The notes under the pieces are model-generated. The model ran no database searches, was not told the origin of the DNA, and was given only the letters and a program-made list of their open reading frames with translations. Both the position numbers and the translations under genes were made by a program. DNA of 64,000 bases, from positions 107,322,001-107,386,000 of the forward strand of contig JAGIQG010000009.1 in the NCBI GenBank assembly GCA_024679065.1. Direction: 5' to 3'. The DNA is from Sphyrna mokarran (Eukaryota). Shown here one piece after another: positions 1-13,500 of this stretch; position 1 is the first letter of the stretch; each line of letters starts with the position of its first letter.

Positions 1-904
1 GGCTCAATATCTTCAGTTTCTTTTGCAGAGAATGAGTTCCTATTTATGAATGTGTGGCACTTGCAATAAGCTTAACTGAGCCATGCTAGGAGCTCGATTG
101 GTTATCCTTACTCGTAATGTTTATTTGAAATGATGTACATTCGTATATAGGGAGCACTCTCAGTAAAGAGGGAGTTTAATTGCTCACTTGTCACCTCCAT
201 GATCGCACCGCAATTTTTCTGTAGAGGGGGCAAGTCCTGGCCTCGTTTTAATTGAGGTCCTTCGTTAATCAATTGAGCCTTTTCCTACCGTGCCTCATTT
301 TTCTGTGCCTCCTGATCCGGGAGCGTCATTCGGTGTCTCTCATTCTGATCCAAGATGAAGGCGTCTCTTTGGATTTGTTACCACAAATTATTGGAACCAA
401 CTGATGGCGAATGGGTATGTTGCAGACAATTCACTTTAAGGTAAACAGGGGGAATCACTTACAAATGAGTAACCTGAACAGCATTAAAGATGGAACAATA
501 AAACCCCTGCTGACTGAAAAGAGTACACTGTTAGAGAACGGGTAGGCATTGGGGGCAAAAAATATGCTCTTGATAATGACCAATTGAGTACTCAAGTTTG
601 GATTTACAAGAGCAAGACGAGTAAAGCAAATTAACTTAAACACGGAACAATGATGCACAAGAACCAAAAAGCTCTCATTTTCATTGTGGCCAATGCCCCC
701 GATATGAAAGGAAGCATTTTGCTTCATACCTTGACCGGTTTACTTTTTTTGCTTCTAACAAACTCAGTACTGATGGTGACTTGGCACTGTTTCGGTTGTT
801 GCTGCTTCAATGTTGCTACATGGAGACTGAAGATTCTGCGTTATATTCCCGTGCGCACTTCTCTGCTGCAATGATCCGTTTCTCTACCACTGATGTAACT
901 TGGG

Positions 905-1400
905 TTAACATCCCAGGAATGAAGGGTTTGTCGTATGAGGAGAGGTTAAGGGGCATCGGTCTGTACCCGATTGAGTTTAGAAAGATGAGGGGGGATCTAA
1001 TTGAAATTTACAGAATACCGAGAGAGTGGACTTGGATAGGATGCCTCACTCTGATCTAAGACGAAGGCGTCTCTTTGAATTTGTTACCACAAATTAGGAG
1101 AGTAGGAGAGACTAGAACTCGAGGGCACAACCTCAGAGTGAAGGGATGCTCCTTTAAAACTGAGATGAGGAGGAATTTCTTCAGCCAGAAGGTGCTGTGA
1201 AACTCATTGCTATAGAGGAGGCCAGGTCCTTGAGTGCCTTTAAGACAGAAATAGAGGGGATCTTGATCAATAAGGGGATTAAGAGTTACGGGTGAAAGCA
1301 GGAGAATGGGGCTGAGAATCATATTAGCCATGGTTGAATGGTAGAGCAGACTCAATGGGCTGAATGATCTAATCCTGTTCCTCTACCTTATGATCTTATT
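905..1400 (+). mobile_element. CR1-type LINE 3' fragment
   Basis: IPGMKGLSYEERLR..GLY..EFR.MRGDLIE, the CR1 ORF2 C-terminus, plus 3' tail. Confidence 0.85.
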
Positions 1401-4400
1401 ACAGACATAAATTATGAACAACGAGGAGCAAAGGGACAAGTTCAATAATGAACAGTGTTCAGGACTCTGGCAGGAAAGTGATACGGTGGAGGCCTCCATT
1501 AGCAGCATCCTCTTAACAACAAGCGTCTGCCCTGCCTCCCGAATTATGTTTGCCCCCTGCAGGTCCTCCCCATCTCCTGCATCCCATTCTCCTACCGTCT
1601 TTCCACTGACAACCTAGCCCACCTCAAGATAAACCCTCCCATCCCGAAAATCGCGTCCCAGGTCTGAAATATAAAAAAGAATGACTAACCTTCAATACTA
1701 CTTACGGAAGTTGCCACGGAAATAATCACATTTTTACTTTTCCTTTCCTAACAGGAAATAGGATATTTGCTGCTTCCTCTAACAGCTACTGACGTGTTGG
1801 GAACATAGCAGTACATAGATCCATAGCTGACCAATCAAGATTGAGTAAGAAGTCTCACAGAGCCAGTCAATAATCTTTACATGCACAGAATGTTTCTACA
1901 AGCTAACATAAAGGCTATTTTGATGGAGTGACCAATTATAATTTTTCCTTCTTTAAATATAAAATGTATTGGGGTCGCTATGCATAAAAGCAAAATACTG
2001 CGGATGCTGGAATCTGAAATAAAAACAGAAATGTTGGAAAATCTTAGCAGGTCTGATAGCATCTGAGAGATACAATACAGCCAACGTTTCGAGCCAGGCA
2101 TCCCTGACTCCAAACGTTGGTTTTATGTCTCCACAGATGTTGTCAAACTTACTAAGGGTTTCCATCATTTTTCTGTTTGCGTTCGATATTGAAGCCTGAA
2201 CGCTTTTGGAATCAGATCGAAATAGCAAACCTTTTGAGGACTATAAGCCGCCTCTGAAATACTTTGGCTTAAGGAGTACTCTATATCAAAATCCAAATCG
2301 AACAGTTTGAGACAATTGATGGGGCCAATGTTTGGACAAATATTAACAATTCGAATATTGAACTGTTGTCGATGATATTGTCAAAGGATATGGTAACATC
2401 CGTTTGGCCTTCACTTCTGCCCCCTGCTGGCCCAAGGGGATGTAGGTCCATTATTTCTGTGCTGCTCTATTCGCTCAAGGATGTTCAGGGATGGAACAAT
2501 GATTGAAACTATTTAGCAAGAATGTCCCAATTTTGTCGTTTGACCATATATTTTATAATGATTGTGAACGATATGTTACACTATATTTGAATTATTTTTG
2601 TTACATCACCATTTGACATCCTGCGTCATAGCTCTTTCAATATACGAATTGTATGCGACTTCCTTACGGATCTATGGAATTTTGCGGCTTTTAAACGGAT
2701 GTCTTCGTGAAATAATTGTTAAATGTTGTATTGAACACGTATTGATTTGAAATACAAGTAAGTTTATTGCAAAATTAAATTCGGATGAGAACAACACAAC
2801 GCTTTTATGCAGCGGTATCAATCCAGGAAATGACCCAAGGCATTTCATCGAAATTTAAGGACCGCCAACTCTGCAAAGAAGTCCAAATTCTAAAAATTTT
2901 CTTTGTACCCCATTGTCATCATGGCCGCTTTTTAAACTGTCGAGTGCGCACACGCCGCCCTCACGGCCGTACATGCGCCAAACGTCTCAGTCCTGTCCGG
3001 ATTTGGAGCTTCCCGCCTCCGCTCGCAAAGAAGGTGAATGAGACCAAACACAACGCACCAACACATAATCTGAAAAGGAAATACATTTATATCGTCAGGT
3101 GACTTCTCAAATCTTATAGGCAGGAAAGTATATTTTATTAATTTGCGGGATATGGATGTTGTTGGCTCGCCAACATTATTGCTTTTGAGAGGAAAGTAGT
3201 GAGCTATCTTCTTGAAACGCTGCAGTTAGCGATTGATACAGGCAAATGGCTTGCTAGGCATGCTAAATTGTCCCTCAGTGTCAGGGGGATGGCTAGGCTA
3301 AATGCACAGAATTAGGTGGATAGGGCCTGCATGGGATTGTGTTGGGTGCAGATTCGATGGGTTGAATGGCCTCTGTAGGATTCTGTGATGATTTCTGAGG
3401 GAAGTGAGCAGCCAATTCTGAGTTCATCAGTAGATTCTTAATTCCAGATTTTTAAAATTGAATTCCAATTCCACAATCTGCCATTGCAGATTCCAAACAA
3501 GGCTACCAGAAAATTAGCTGTGTTTCTGGATTAATAATGCAGGGATAATACCACTCGGCCTTTACTTCCCCTGAAATAAGTGCAGGATTTAGATGGTTAA
3601 CACCAATTTACTGCACGAACAGTCTTGTGAGCAAAGCTTTTTATGAGTCATGATATGAAGCAACCACATGATAAAACAAATTCAAGTCCCCCTCTAAGTC
3701 ACTCACCATTCTAATTTGGAAATATATCGAACATTCCTCCACCGTTGTTTGTCAAAATCCTGGAGCTCCCTTTCTGACAGCATTGTGGGCTTACACCTCA
3801 GGGCTGCAACAACTCAAGAAGACAGCTCGCCGTCGCCTTCTAAAGGCCAATAGGAATTGAGGATGAATATTAAGCCTAGCCCAAGTCCCTTGACAGATTA
3901 AATAAAAAAGATCCTCGACTGTGATTTACAGTTTATCATGCATAAAGTTTGGAGAGGTTAGGTTTGTAACGACAGTTTAGAAGAGTAAGAGGTAAGTGGA
4001 ATCAAAAGTGGAATTAAGATCCTGAGTCTTTCTATCATGGTGGGTGTGGAAGGGATGTTTCCTCTTGTTGCAGAATCTCGAACCAGAGATTCACTATTTA
4101 GTAGCGAACAGTCCCTATTTAAGGCAGAGATAAGGATAATTTGTTTTCTCTCAAAGGGTTGTGAGTTTCTGGAACTCTTGCAAAAGGCAGTGGAAGCAAT
4201 CTTTGAGTATTTTAAAGGCAAAGATAGACATATTCTTGATTAACCAAGAGATGAAAGGTTATCGAGGGTTAGACAGAATGTGGGTTGTGGTTACAGTCAG
4301 ATGAGCCGATGGCGAAGCAGCTTCAGTGGTCAGTGGCGCCTCGTGCTCCTAAGTCGTATGTTTGTATGTGGATTATAATACCCATGTCATGATCTAGATT

Positions 4401-7400
4401 GTAGAGCATGCAAATGTCTCTCCCAACTTGGATCGTTTGATCTTGGAGCCGTTCTCTTTCTCTCTCTATATCGCTCTACCACACTACCACCCTTGCCGAT
4501 GCTTATTGCTTTTATTTCCCCGCCGCGCAAACACAAACCCATGTCATCGTTTATATATTGACGGCTATCCAATTATTGATTGCCTTACCTCATTCGTCTT
4601 CACCCCTGTGTGCCAGTATATTTTACGTATCAACCGGGTCTCTTTCAAGTGAGCATCATTCAGAACGATCTTCACGTCTGCCTGTGTATTTTATCTCAAT
4701 GCTCCAAGCTCTTATTTCCTCGAGGGACATAGAAACTCTAATCCTGTGTTTTATATAAGGAGACAGACTCACAGACAGACTCAATGCCTCATCTTGCTGC
4801 TTTGAGGGAGCTCGTTTGTCAGATTGCACAATTATTTCCTTGGCTGTAATGCCTTGTCATTTGCCTATATTGTGCCCTATTTCTAAATTTGCTTATTTTA
4901 ACAACTAGCAAGGACAGATTCGAACACAGACAGTGTTAGTTTCTAATAATGTTATGTTTTAACAATCTGTGCTCTGGTTCCTCAATTAATATTCTTACAA
5001 ACCAATTTCTTTATTCATTCATGGGATATGGGTGTCGCTGGCTGGCCAGCATTTGTTGCCATCCTAATTGCACGAGGGCAGTTCAGAGTCAACCACATTG
5101 CTCTGGAGTTACAAGTAGGCCAGACTGGGTAAGGACGGCTGATTTCCTTCCCTGAAGGAAACGAGTGAGCCAGATGGGGTTCTCGACAATCGACAATAGT
5201 TTCATGGTCGTCAGTATTTTTTATTGAATTCAAATTCCATCAACTGTCGCGATGGAACTCGAACCGAGGTCCCCAGCGTATTATTCCCAGCAACTCTCCC
5301 AGTTATTTTATCAAATTGTTAATGCTCAAGCACGATTTCATTTTGCCAAATTCGTGCTGACTTTTCTTAATTAATTGATCAATATTATACCAGCGATCAA
5401 ATTTTATCATAGTTTATGGGTGGCCTGGTGGCAGTGCTGCTTCACAGCACAGGGGACTGGGGTTCAATTTCGGCCTTGGGTAACTGTCCGTGTAGTGTTT
5501 GCACGTTCTCCCGTGATTGTGTGGGTTTCGCCCACAGTCGAAAGATTTGCAGGTGAAGTGGATTAGCATTGCTAATTTGTCCTTTTTTTGTATAAGGATG
5601 TGTAGTTAGGCGGGTTATCCATGGTAAATGTGAGGGGTTATGGGTGGAAGTGTGATGCTCACATCAGTGAAGATGTGCAAAATGTCCTCTTTTTTCACTA
5701 CAGGGAGTCTTACTGTTCTATCATTGTGGAGAGTTCCTGTACCATTGGCCTCTGGATGCAAGGGTTTGGATTGAACAAGAGAGACGGCAATAAAACCAAG
5801 GTTGGCGTGAACCAAATTCTGCTTTAATTATGTCCTCAAATTTAATGTCTACACTGCAGTTCTTAACAAATTCATAGCGTGAAGTTTTGTAGAAAAGTGG
5901 TGGTGATGCGAGCTCAAATTCCAACACGTCTGTTGTTGGAACTTAAATTCCATACATTAATAAACCTGGTATCAGCAACTAGTCTCAGTGATGGTGATTG
6001 CAAGATTATTGGACCTTCAAAGAACTCATCCGGATTTACAAACGTTCTTTAGAAGAGGACATCTCCCATATGTAACTGGTGACTCCAGTCCACAATTTAG
6101 TTGACTGTTACGTTCCGGTTGAAATAACTGCTGATACCTTCTGCACTAGACCTGAGGCCTTGTGCAGAAGTTAGGAGAGCTGTCCCACAGAATGCCAAAG
6201 GGATATGCTGACATAGTCAATCTCATGGAATCATACCTTACAGCCAGTGACCGAAACATTATCATTAACGCCCTAGGTGCATCTTGTCCCAATTGAAGGA
6301 CAGATCCAGCAGAAGTAGCGACAGATAGAGGTAGAGGTAATGAGTTTACCCGATAGCCTTCAACATTGACTCCAGAACTCTGAGGTCTCCTGGTGTAAAA
6401 ACATAGGAACGTAGAAACCTGGCACAAGATTAAAGATGTCAAAGAAACCTCCTGCAGACTACTGCCAATCATCCTCAGTGTGTTGCTGATCCAGTACCCC
6501 TCTATGTTGAGTATCACTTGGTTGAAACACTGTTGGTAGTAACGGCACGGAATTTACTTTGGGTGTGGACCTTCATTGTTCATCATCAAAAGTGATTTAA
6601 TAGCACTGCCCATGACTGAACAGGTGGAGTCATATAGGATATCTCTGCCAGTCTGGCACAGCAACACACAGTGAGGGAAAGAATAAGAGTACAAAACTTT
6701 ACAAATCATTGTCAATTGGCTCCAGATGATAGTAGTGAATAAAGTGACCGTGGCACTGTGATTATGGAGGTAAAGCCCCGGCTACACAATGTAAATGCAA
6801 TCTATCACGCTAATAGGTAATATTCCTGGCAGATTTTGTACCTCAAGTCTGGGTATCCATAAGTGGCTGGATTAGATCTGCTGTTCTTTTTGTGTACAGG
6901 ACATACCTGAGCAAATTTTCAACATACCGGGTAGATCATGGAATCATAGAATCCCTAGAGTGCAAAAGGAGGCCATTCGGCCCATCAAGTCTCCATCAAC
7001 AACAATCTCACCCAGACCAGATCTTCATAACACCACATATTTACCCTACTAATCCCCCTGGCACTAGAGGTCAATTTAGCACAACCAACTAACCTATACC
7101 GCACATCTTTGGGCTAGATGCCAGTATTAAATCCGTACAGGAACAACTTGGCTTGGGACAGGGCAATTTCTGGAGCACAATTGCTCAGGATTATTGCTTG
7201 AAAATTATCAGGGTCCATGGTCTTTGCAGTACAGAATGCCTTTAGCCGTTTCTTAGTAGCATAAGGAATAAATCGAATTGGCTGAAGATTGGCGTCTGTA
7301 ATGGTGAGGATGTCTGGAGGAGATGAATCATTCATGGGACTTGCTATCTGATAGTTTGCAAATCTTCAGTCTTACCTTTTGCACTGATGTGCTGGGCTCC

Positions 7401-10079
7401 TTCGTCATATGGGATGGAAATACTTAAGAAAGCTAACTATTACTTGCTGCTCTTCCTATTAGGCAGGCAAGTGATCCTGTGCTGTGACTTCACCGTGTTC
7501 ATACCTCATGTTTAGGTATGCCTGCTGTTGCTCATGGCATGCTTTCTTGTAACCTTCGTTAAACCAATGCTTATCCCCAGGTTTGGTGGTAATGGTAGAC
7601 TGGGAAAACACGAGGCCATGATGCTCTAGACTATGGTTGAGTGCAATTCTGCTGCTGTTGATGGGGCACAACTCCTCACCGTTGCCCAGTGTTGAGTTGC
7701 TACAACTATTTGAAATCTAGCCGATAAAGTGAGGCGATGGCTATTAGTATTATCACTGGACTATTAATTCAGCAACTCAGTTAATGTGCTGGGAATCCAG
7801 GTTCAAATACTCCAACAAAGATGCTGGAATTTAAATTCAGTTTAAAAAAGTATCTGGAATTAAGAATCCACTGAAGACTATCAAACCATTGCCGGTTGTT
7901 GGACAAATCTATCTGGTTCACTGTTGTCTTTTAGGGAAAGAAATCTCTTATCTTGTTTGGCCTACATGTGGCCAGAGCAATGCAGTTGAATCCTAAATGC
8001 CCTGAAAGGGATGGGTAAAAAATGCTGGCAAGCCAGCGACGCCCATGTCCCACAAATGGATAGAAAAAATGATACCATGACGAGAATCCCACACAACATG
8101 ATGGAGGGTATTCATAATGCGAAAATGGGAATTTGTCTCCACAAGCATTGTGAACAGTCCTACTGATATTGTCAGGGATAAGTGCATCTGCAGCAGGTAG
8201 GTTGATGCTCCTAATCTAGTTATTTATTTGTATGTTTCCTCTCTTGGTTCCATTGCCATCTGCCGCAGACCCAATTGGGTTCGAATCCCGCCACGGCAGA
8301 TGGAGGAATCTCCGGACTTGGCCAGCTCAGTCTGTAGTTCTGCAGCTGAGCCACACTTAGTGATGGATACTGAAGTCCCCCATCTAGATGCATTCTGCCC
8401 CTTACCACCCTTAATGCTTTCTCTAATTGTATTCGATATGAAGGAGTACTGATTCATCGCCGACGGGGTGGGTTGGTGAGTACATGGTAATCAGCAGGAC
8501 GTTTCCTTGCTTAATATTCTGAGACTCCAGGGGTCCAGAGTCAATGCTGAGGACTCCCAGGTAACGCTCCCGAATGTATACTACTATATCAACGCCTTTA
8601 CTGCGTCCTGCTGCTGGGACTAGCATTAGAGATCCACGAGTTGAAATGATGTCGAGAGGAGATATGAGGAAAATTCTTTTCACCCATATGAACGCATTAT
8701 CTGAAAGAGTCGTAGAAGTATGAACCGTCAAATGATTTAAAAGGTTTTTGAATATTTTTTATTCATTCGTGGGACATAGGGTTCGCTGGTTGGCCACCAT
8801 TTATTGCCAATCCTTAGTTGCCAGAAGGCATTTGAGAGTCAACCGCATTGCTTGGCTCTGGAGTCACATGTAGGCCAGACCAGGTAAGAACGGCAGATTC
8901 CCTTCCCTTAAGGGCATTAGTGAACCAGATGGTATTTTTCGTCAATCTACAATGAGTTCACGGTCATCAGTAGGTTCTTAATTCCAGCTATATTTTACTG
9001 AGTTCAAATTCCTCCATCTGCCATGGCGGGATTCGAACCCAGGTTCCCAGGATACTGGTTGAGTTTTTGGATCAATAGTCCAGCGGTAAGGCCATTTCCC
9101 CGCTTTGAGTGTGCGCCCTTAAGTGCTGTAAGCTGCAGGGCTATAGATTAAATGTTGTCAACACTTATTAGGTTCTGTAGTTCGTCCTTCGGTCGGTGTA
9201 AACACCACCGGCCAAGTGTTTTTTATGCCTATTTTTATGCCATAAATTTTCTATGATTCTACGTACACCATCTATTAACAACACTCATCAAGGCTCTTTC
9301 AAAAGTACTTGGCAAACTGACGACCTCTGCATCTGGGACCGGGCAACAGACTCCAGGCAGCAGCAACATTATACGTTTCATTCCAAGCGGCATACTAATT
9401 TGGTCTTTTTTTTAATGGTAACTGGTTCAAATCCAGGATTTCCTTATTAGCATCACTGCAGCTGCACTGATCTGAGTTGAACTGAAGAACGGGGCAAACC
9501 ATCAACTTCTAAAAGTCAATTACGTGTAGGCAGTAAATGTTAGGCTAGCCAGAGAGGCTCACAATTTATAAATGAATAATAAAAGTAGCTAGAAGGTTAT
9601 TATCCAAAAATGTTATTATTATTTATGTCTCCAAATGACATAATTAGATTCAGTGCTATTCTGGCTTTCTCATGGCAGGGGATAACTAGCATAGCTCTCC
9701 GTTAATCAAATACCAATATAGTGGGGCAATTGCTCTAGGACGCAATATTAGTAAAGTGGATTTACTTAACCAAATGTTAATATTGGGCCCATGAAATAGT
9801 TCTGTAAAGTAGACGTCTCTTAGGTTTGAAGCATGCGTCAATGTAAAAAAAAATGCGGTGACGCAAAATAAATAGCCTAAAAACAAAGCTTTGCTTCAGT
9901 AGTTCTCGCATATGCGGTTGAATTTACGTGCTTTGGGATATTGGGGGAGTTGATGAAGTCTCTTGTCAGCACGCTTTATTGAAGGCGTGTTTTCCATTAA
10001 TAGCTTAGGTGCAGAATGGACCTTTGATCGAATTGCTTTTCCTTTGTTGACTCGCTGAGCTCCTAACACCCACCCGCAA

Positions 10080-10211
10080 TGTGGTTTTCCGTCCATGTAC
10101 ACGGAACAGCTCAAGGCTATTGCTCATATTGTAATTGCCGAACATCAAAAGCACACAACGTATTTTATTCTAAATACATAAGGACATCACTCGCATTGTA
10201 GTTTCACTTCC
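10080..10211 (+). promoter_or_regulatory. Putative gene A promoter: RUNX site (TGTGGTT, 10080-10086) and ETS-IRF composite element (GTTTCACTTCC, 10201-10211)
   Basis: Exact consensus matches 250-380 nt upstream of the ATG; both are altered in the inverted duplicate. Confidence 0.4.
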
Positions 10212-10458
10212 CCACTCTCCAAACATTTTTTCATTTCCTAAGTAAATGGCACGTGGAAAGAGGAATTAATTTTCATTCTGAGCACTCCAGAGGTTGGGCC
10301 CTTTCGCCTGCTATCGCGCAATAACAGGAGCTCTATGTTTCCAACCAGACAGACCTCAACTTGTTCCATTCCCGCCCATTTATTCTACTGAGACTGTTCG
10401 TCTGGCACCACATTCTACAGGTCATCAGCGTGTAGAATTAGCAGTGTGTGCAGTGAAG

Positions 10459-10516
10459 ATGCGATTCACGCAGGGAATTGCTGTCAGCCGACTGATTTTC
10501 TTCGCCTTATGCAGTG
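10459..10516 (+). CDS. Gene A leader exon (signal peptide)
   Basis: gaagATG...AGT G|gtgagt, 58 nt, phase 1, MRFTQGIAVSRLIFFALCS; same length, phase and gaagATG context as the gene C leader. Confidence 0.8.
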
Positions 10517-13500
10517 GTGAGTACATATTTTCCCGAGCTATTACACAATGCAGCAAATATCGTTGGAGGATTTAATGGGCTGACTTTGGCAATTCGGGAA
10601 TGATCAGTCTGTTAACATTAAAATGATATGTCACTCTCTGCGAAATTTTACATTTAAACTCAACAGAATGAATGTAAAATTCTAGCATAACGATATGCGA
10701 TTCTGTCACTTCTTAGAGTTATTTCATCTTCCGACTTATCATTAAAAATAGTATTACTTGAAAAAGAAACCTCCCTCAGCCGGGCGTAAAACATATTGAA
10801 AGCCGAGTCTGTATAAAATAAGCGACTATAATTTGTGAGGATATCAGTTGAATCAGATTCAATTCGATCCATTTCCAGCGGTAACAATTTGTCGAGACGG
10901 CACGTTTAAAGAAGTAAATTCTCGGTAGCAATATGCAGCGTTGACTAATTCTGATGTGGAGATGCTGGCGTTGGAGTGATATAGTAAGAAGTCTCAATAC
11001 ACCAGGTTAAAATCCAACAGGTTCATTTGGAATCACGAGCTTTAGGAGTTCTGCTTCTTCTTCAGGTGACTCATCTCGGAAAACTCGTGATTCCAAATAA
11101 ACCTGTTGGACTTTAACTTGATTAGCTCTAGCCGGAAGGCAGTGGCACATTGGATATTAACAGTAAGGTAGTAATCCAGCGACTCGCGTTAGGCTCTGGA
11201 GGTATCACTTCGAATCTTACCACAGCAGGTGGTGGAACCTGGGGTAAAAGATCTAATGGTCACCAGGAATCGATTGTTGTTAAAACCCATTAGAAATGTC
11301 TTTAGAGAAGGTAGTTTGTCATCCTTACCTGGTAAGGTCTACATGTATATCATGTAACAAATGCATATATATTTGTTACAATTCTTATCTGTTTTTAATT
11401 CTTTGTGGGTGTCGTTATCTAGGCTACCATTTATTGTGCATCCCTAATAACCCTTGAGAAGGTGGTGATGAGCTTCATTATGAACGGCTGCAGTCCATGA
11501 GATGTCGGTACACTTACAGAACTGTTAGGGAGGGAGTTCAGTACTTTGACTTAAGCATCCTATATATTTGTATTTGTGCTTATCTGTACGTTTGTGTGTG
11601 TGTTCTTGTGCGTGTCTGTGTGACTGCGTGACAGAAATGTTGTTGCAGGATTTGCTGTTTCATCTTGAAAATAAATAAAGCAGATTTCTTACACAGATGA
11701 GGATTTTTTCAAGTATAAAACACTGCTCATTGCATAACTTTTGGGAAGAAGACAGATGGGAAGATGACTGATAACTGGTATCTTACTGACTCCAAGCATG
11801 GATTATTAGTCTCTTTGCTTGAAAGAAGAAGGAAAAGTTGTAGAAAGTACAACACTATCACATCAGTCAGGTGTCTATGCTAATTCTACACGTTTATCCA
11901 TCTGGAACTTATTTCAGTCTTTTATTTAAGCAGTTCTATATCTAAGCTAGCCAGATTTGGGCCATTTCAGTTTCGGACAGTGTGCAGAAGGACTGGGTGA
12001 CACGGTGATGCAGTGGTTCGTACTGCAGACTTACAGCGCTAGGGACCTATGTTCCATTCCCGGTTTGGGCCATTGTATGTACGGAGTTTTCATGTTCTCT
12101 TTGTGTTTGTGTGGGTTTCGTCCCACAGTCTTAAAGGTGTGCTGGTTAGGTGCAGTGTCCCGAACAGGCACCAGAGCTTGGCAACTAGAGGAATTTCACA
12201 GCAACTTCATTGCAGTGTTAAAGCAAGCCTTACTTGTAACTAATGAAGAAGTAATTTTAATAATTACCCCGAGAAAGCCGCTTATAGATGAAAGTGTTTG
12301 AATTATTTTTACTGTTATTTGGTTTCCGAGTGGCACTTAAATTGGGATTCCGATTAAACCAATTGTACTTTTATTTTATTCATTTTGGGGTATCGGGGGA
12401 AGCATTTAGTGCCGTATTTATACCTGAGAAGGTAGTGCTGTCATGGGACGAAGGACTGCAACTCTGGAATGACCAGAGATCTGAATTACTCTTACATCAG
12501 AGAACGATAAGGGAAGGTTAATTAGAGGTTTTGAAATTATGAGGGCCCTCAACAGAAAAATTAGGGAGGATTTCATTTTCATAAATGGGTCATCATCAAA
12601 TGGAATTTCAATTCTTAAGAATAGATCAAATGACATCTTTCGAATAGAAACATCATAATTTCGTGGATCGGACCTGGTCTGCGAAGAAAGAGAATGGAAG
12701 GGCCCAAATTGGATAACTACTTCAAACAGTTGTCATATACGCGATAGGCCGAATGGCATCTTTCTTGTCGCAGCATTGCAGGATAGCAGACAAGTTGAGC
12801 AAATAATTATAATAGCTTGAAGACGATGCATTTAGAATTCCCAAATCAAATTAATTGTTCCGTTTTGGCAACAAAATAGGATAATTTGAAGGATTGCTCT
12901 ATAGTTTCTCTTCCTGAAGAATTTCGCCAGTCGAAAAAATAAGGGAGTGAACTTCTTCGGTCAACTAAATTGTAAAAAGCAACAGACTCATGATGCAAAA
13001 TGTATAGGTTTCTGCGCCCGCCGTCTTGAACGTGGATACATGTAGTCCACAGTAAATCCAGCTTTTATAAAGGTAGCACGTGACTGATGCATGTGTGCAT
13101 AAATATTATGGGCTAATGCTTAATAACATGCTGAATAGAGAGTAACAGATTCCTCATTCTCTATATCACGCAGTCAGCTATTCCACATTGTAAAATTAGA
13201 GGAATTTAAAGTTAAAGATCAGGTTCCTCCTGCTATTTTTGAGTTTTCTCCCTTTTTAAACGCAGCTGGAAGCCAGTCGGCGTTTGGACAAGAAACAGCC
13301 AGCTGTAAAATCTATGGCTTGACAGAGAGAGACTCGGGCACCTATTACTGTGACAAAGACGGAAATAGACAAAATAGCACTGTGACAATTAAATGTGAGT
13401 AGTCATTTAAAATAATGATGAATAATGTGCATGATTCATGTTAATATAATTTCTCACTAAGATAAAACGGATGAAAATGCTCTACTGACCTGGAGTCTGC

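Larger units (their letters stand above)
1..10700 (+). repeat. Left arm of an old inverted segmental duplication (partner ~31930-22420 on the minus strand)
   Basis: Collinear reverse-complement blocks: 1-900 vs 31930-31080; 1650-3120 vs 29950-27840; 5650-6560 vs 27080-25780; 8650-10700 vs 24450-22420. Confidence 0.9.

Noticed and set aside
2785-3102. ORF with a similar ORF at 27930-28139
   Set aside because: Similarity follows from the inverted duplication; starts and stops differ and no domain is recognisable.
13378-13384. CACTGTG heptamer near the end of gene A's V exon, and CACAGTG at ~61810
   Set aside because: No nonamer at 12 or 23 nt spacing; expected by chance.
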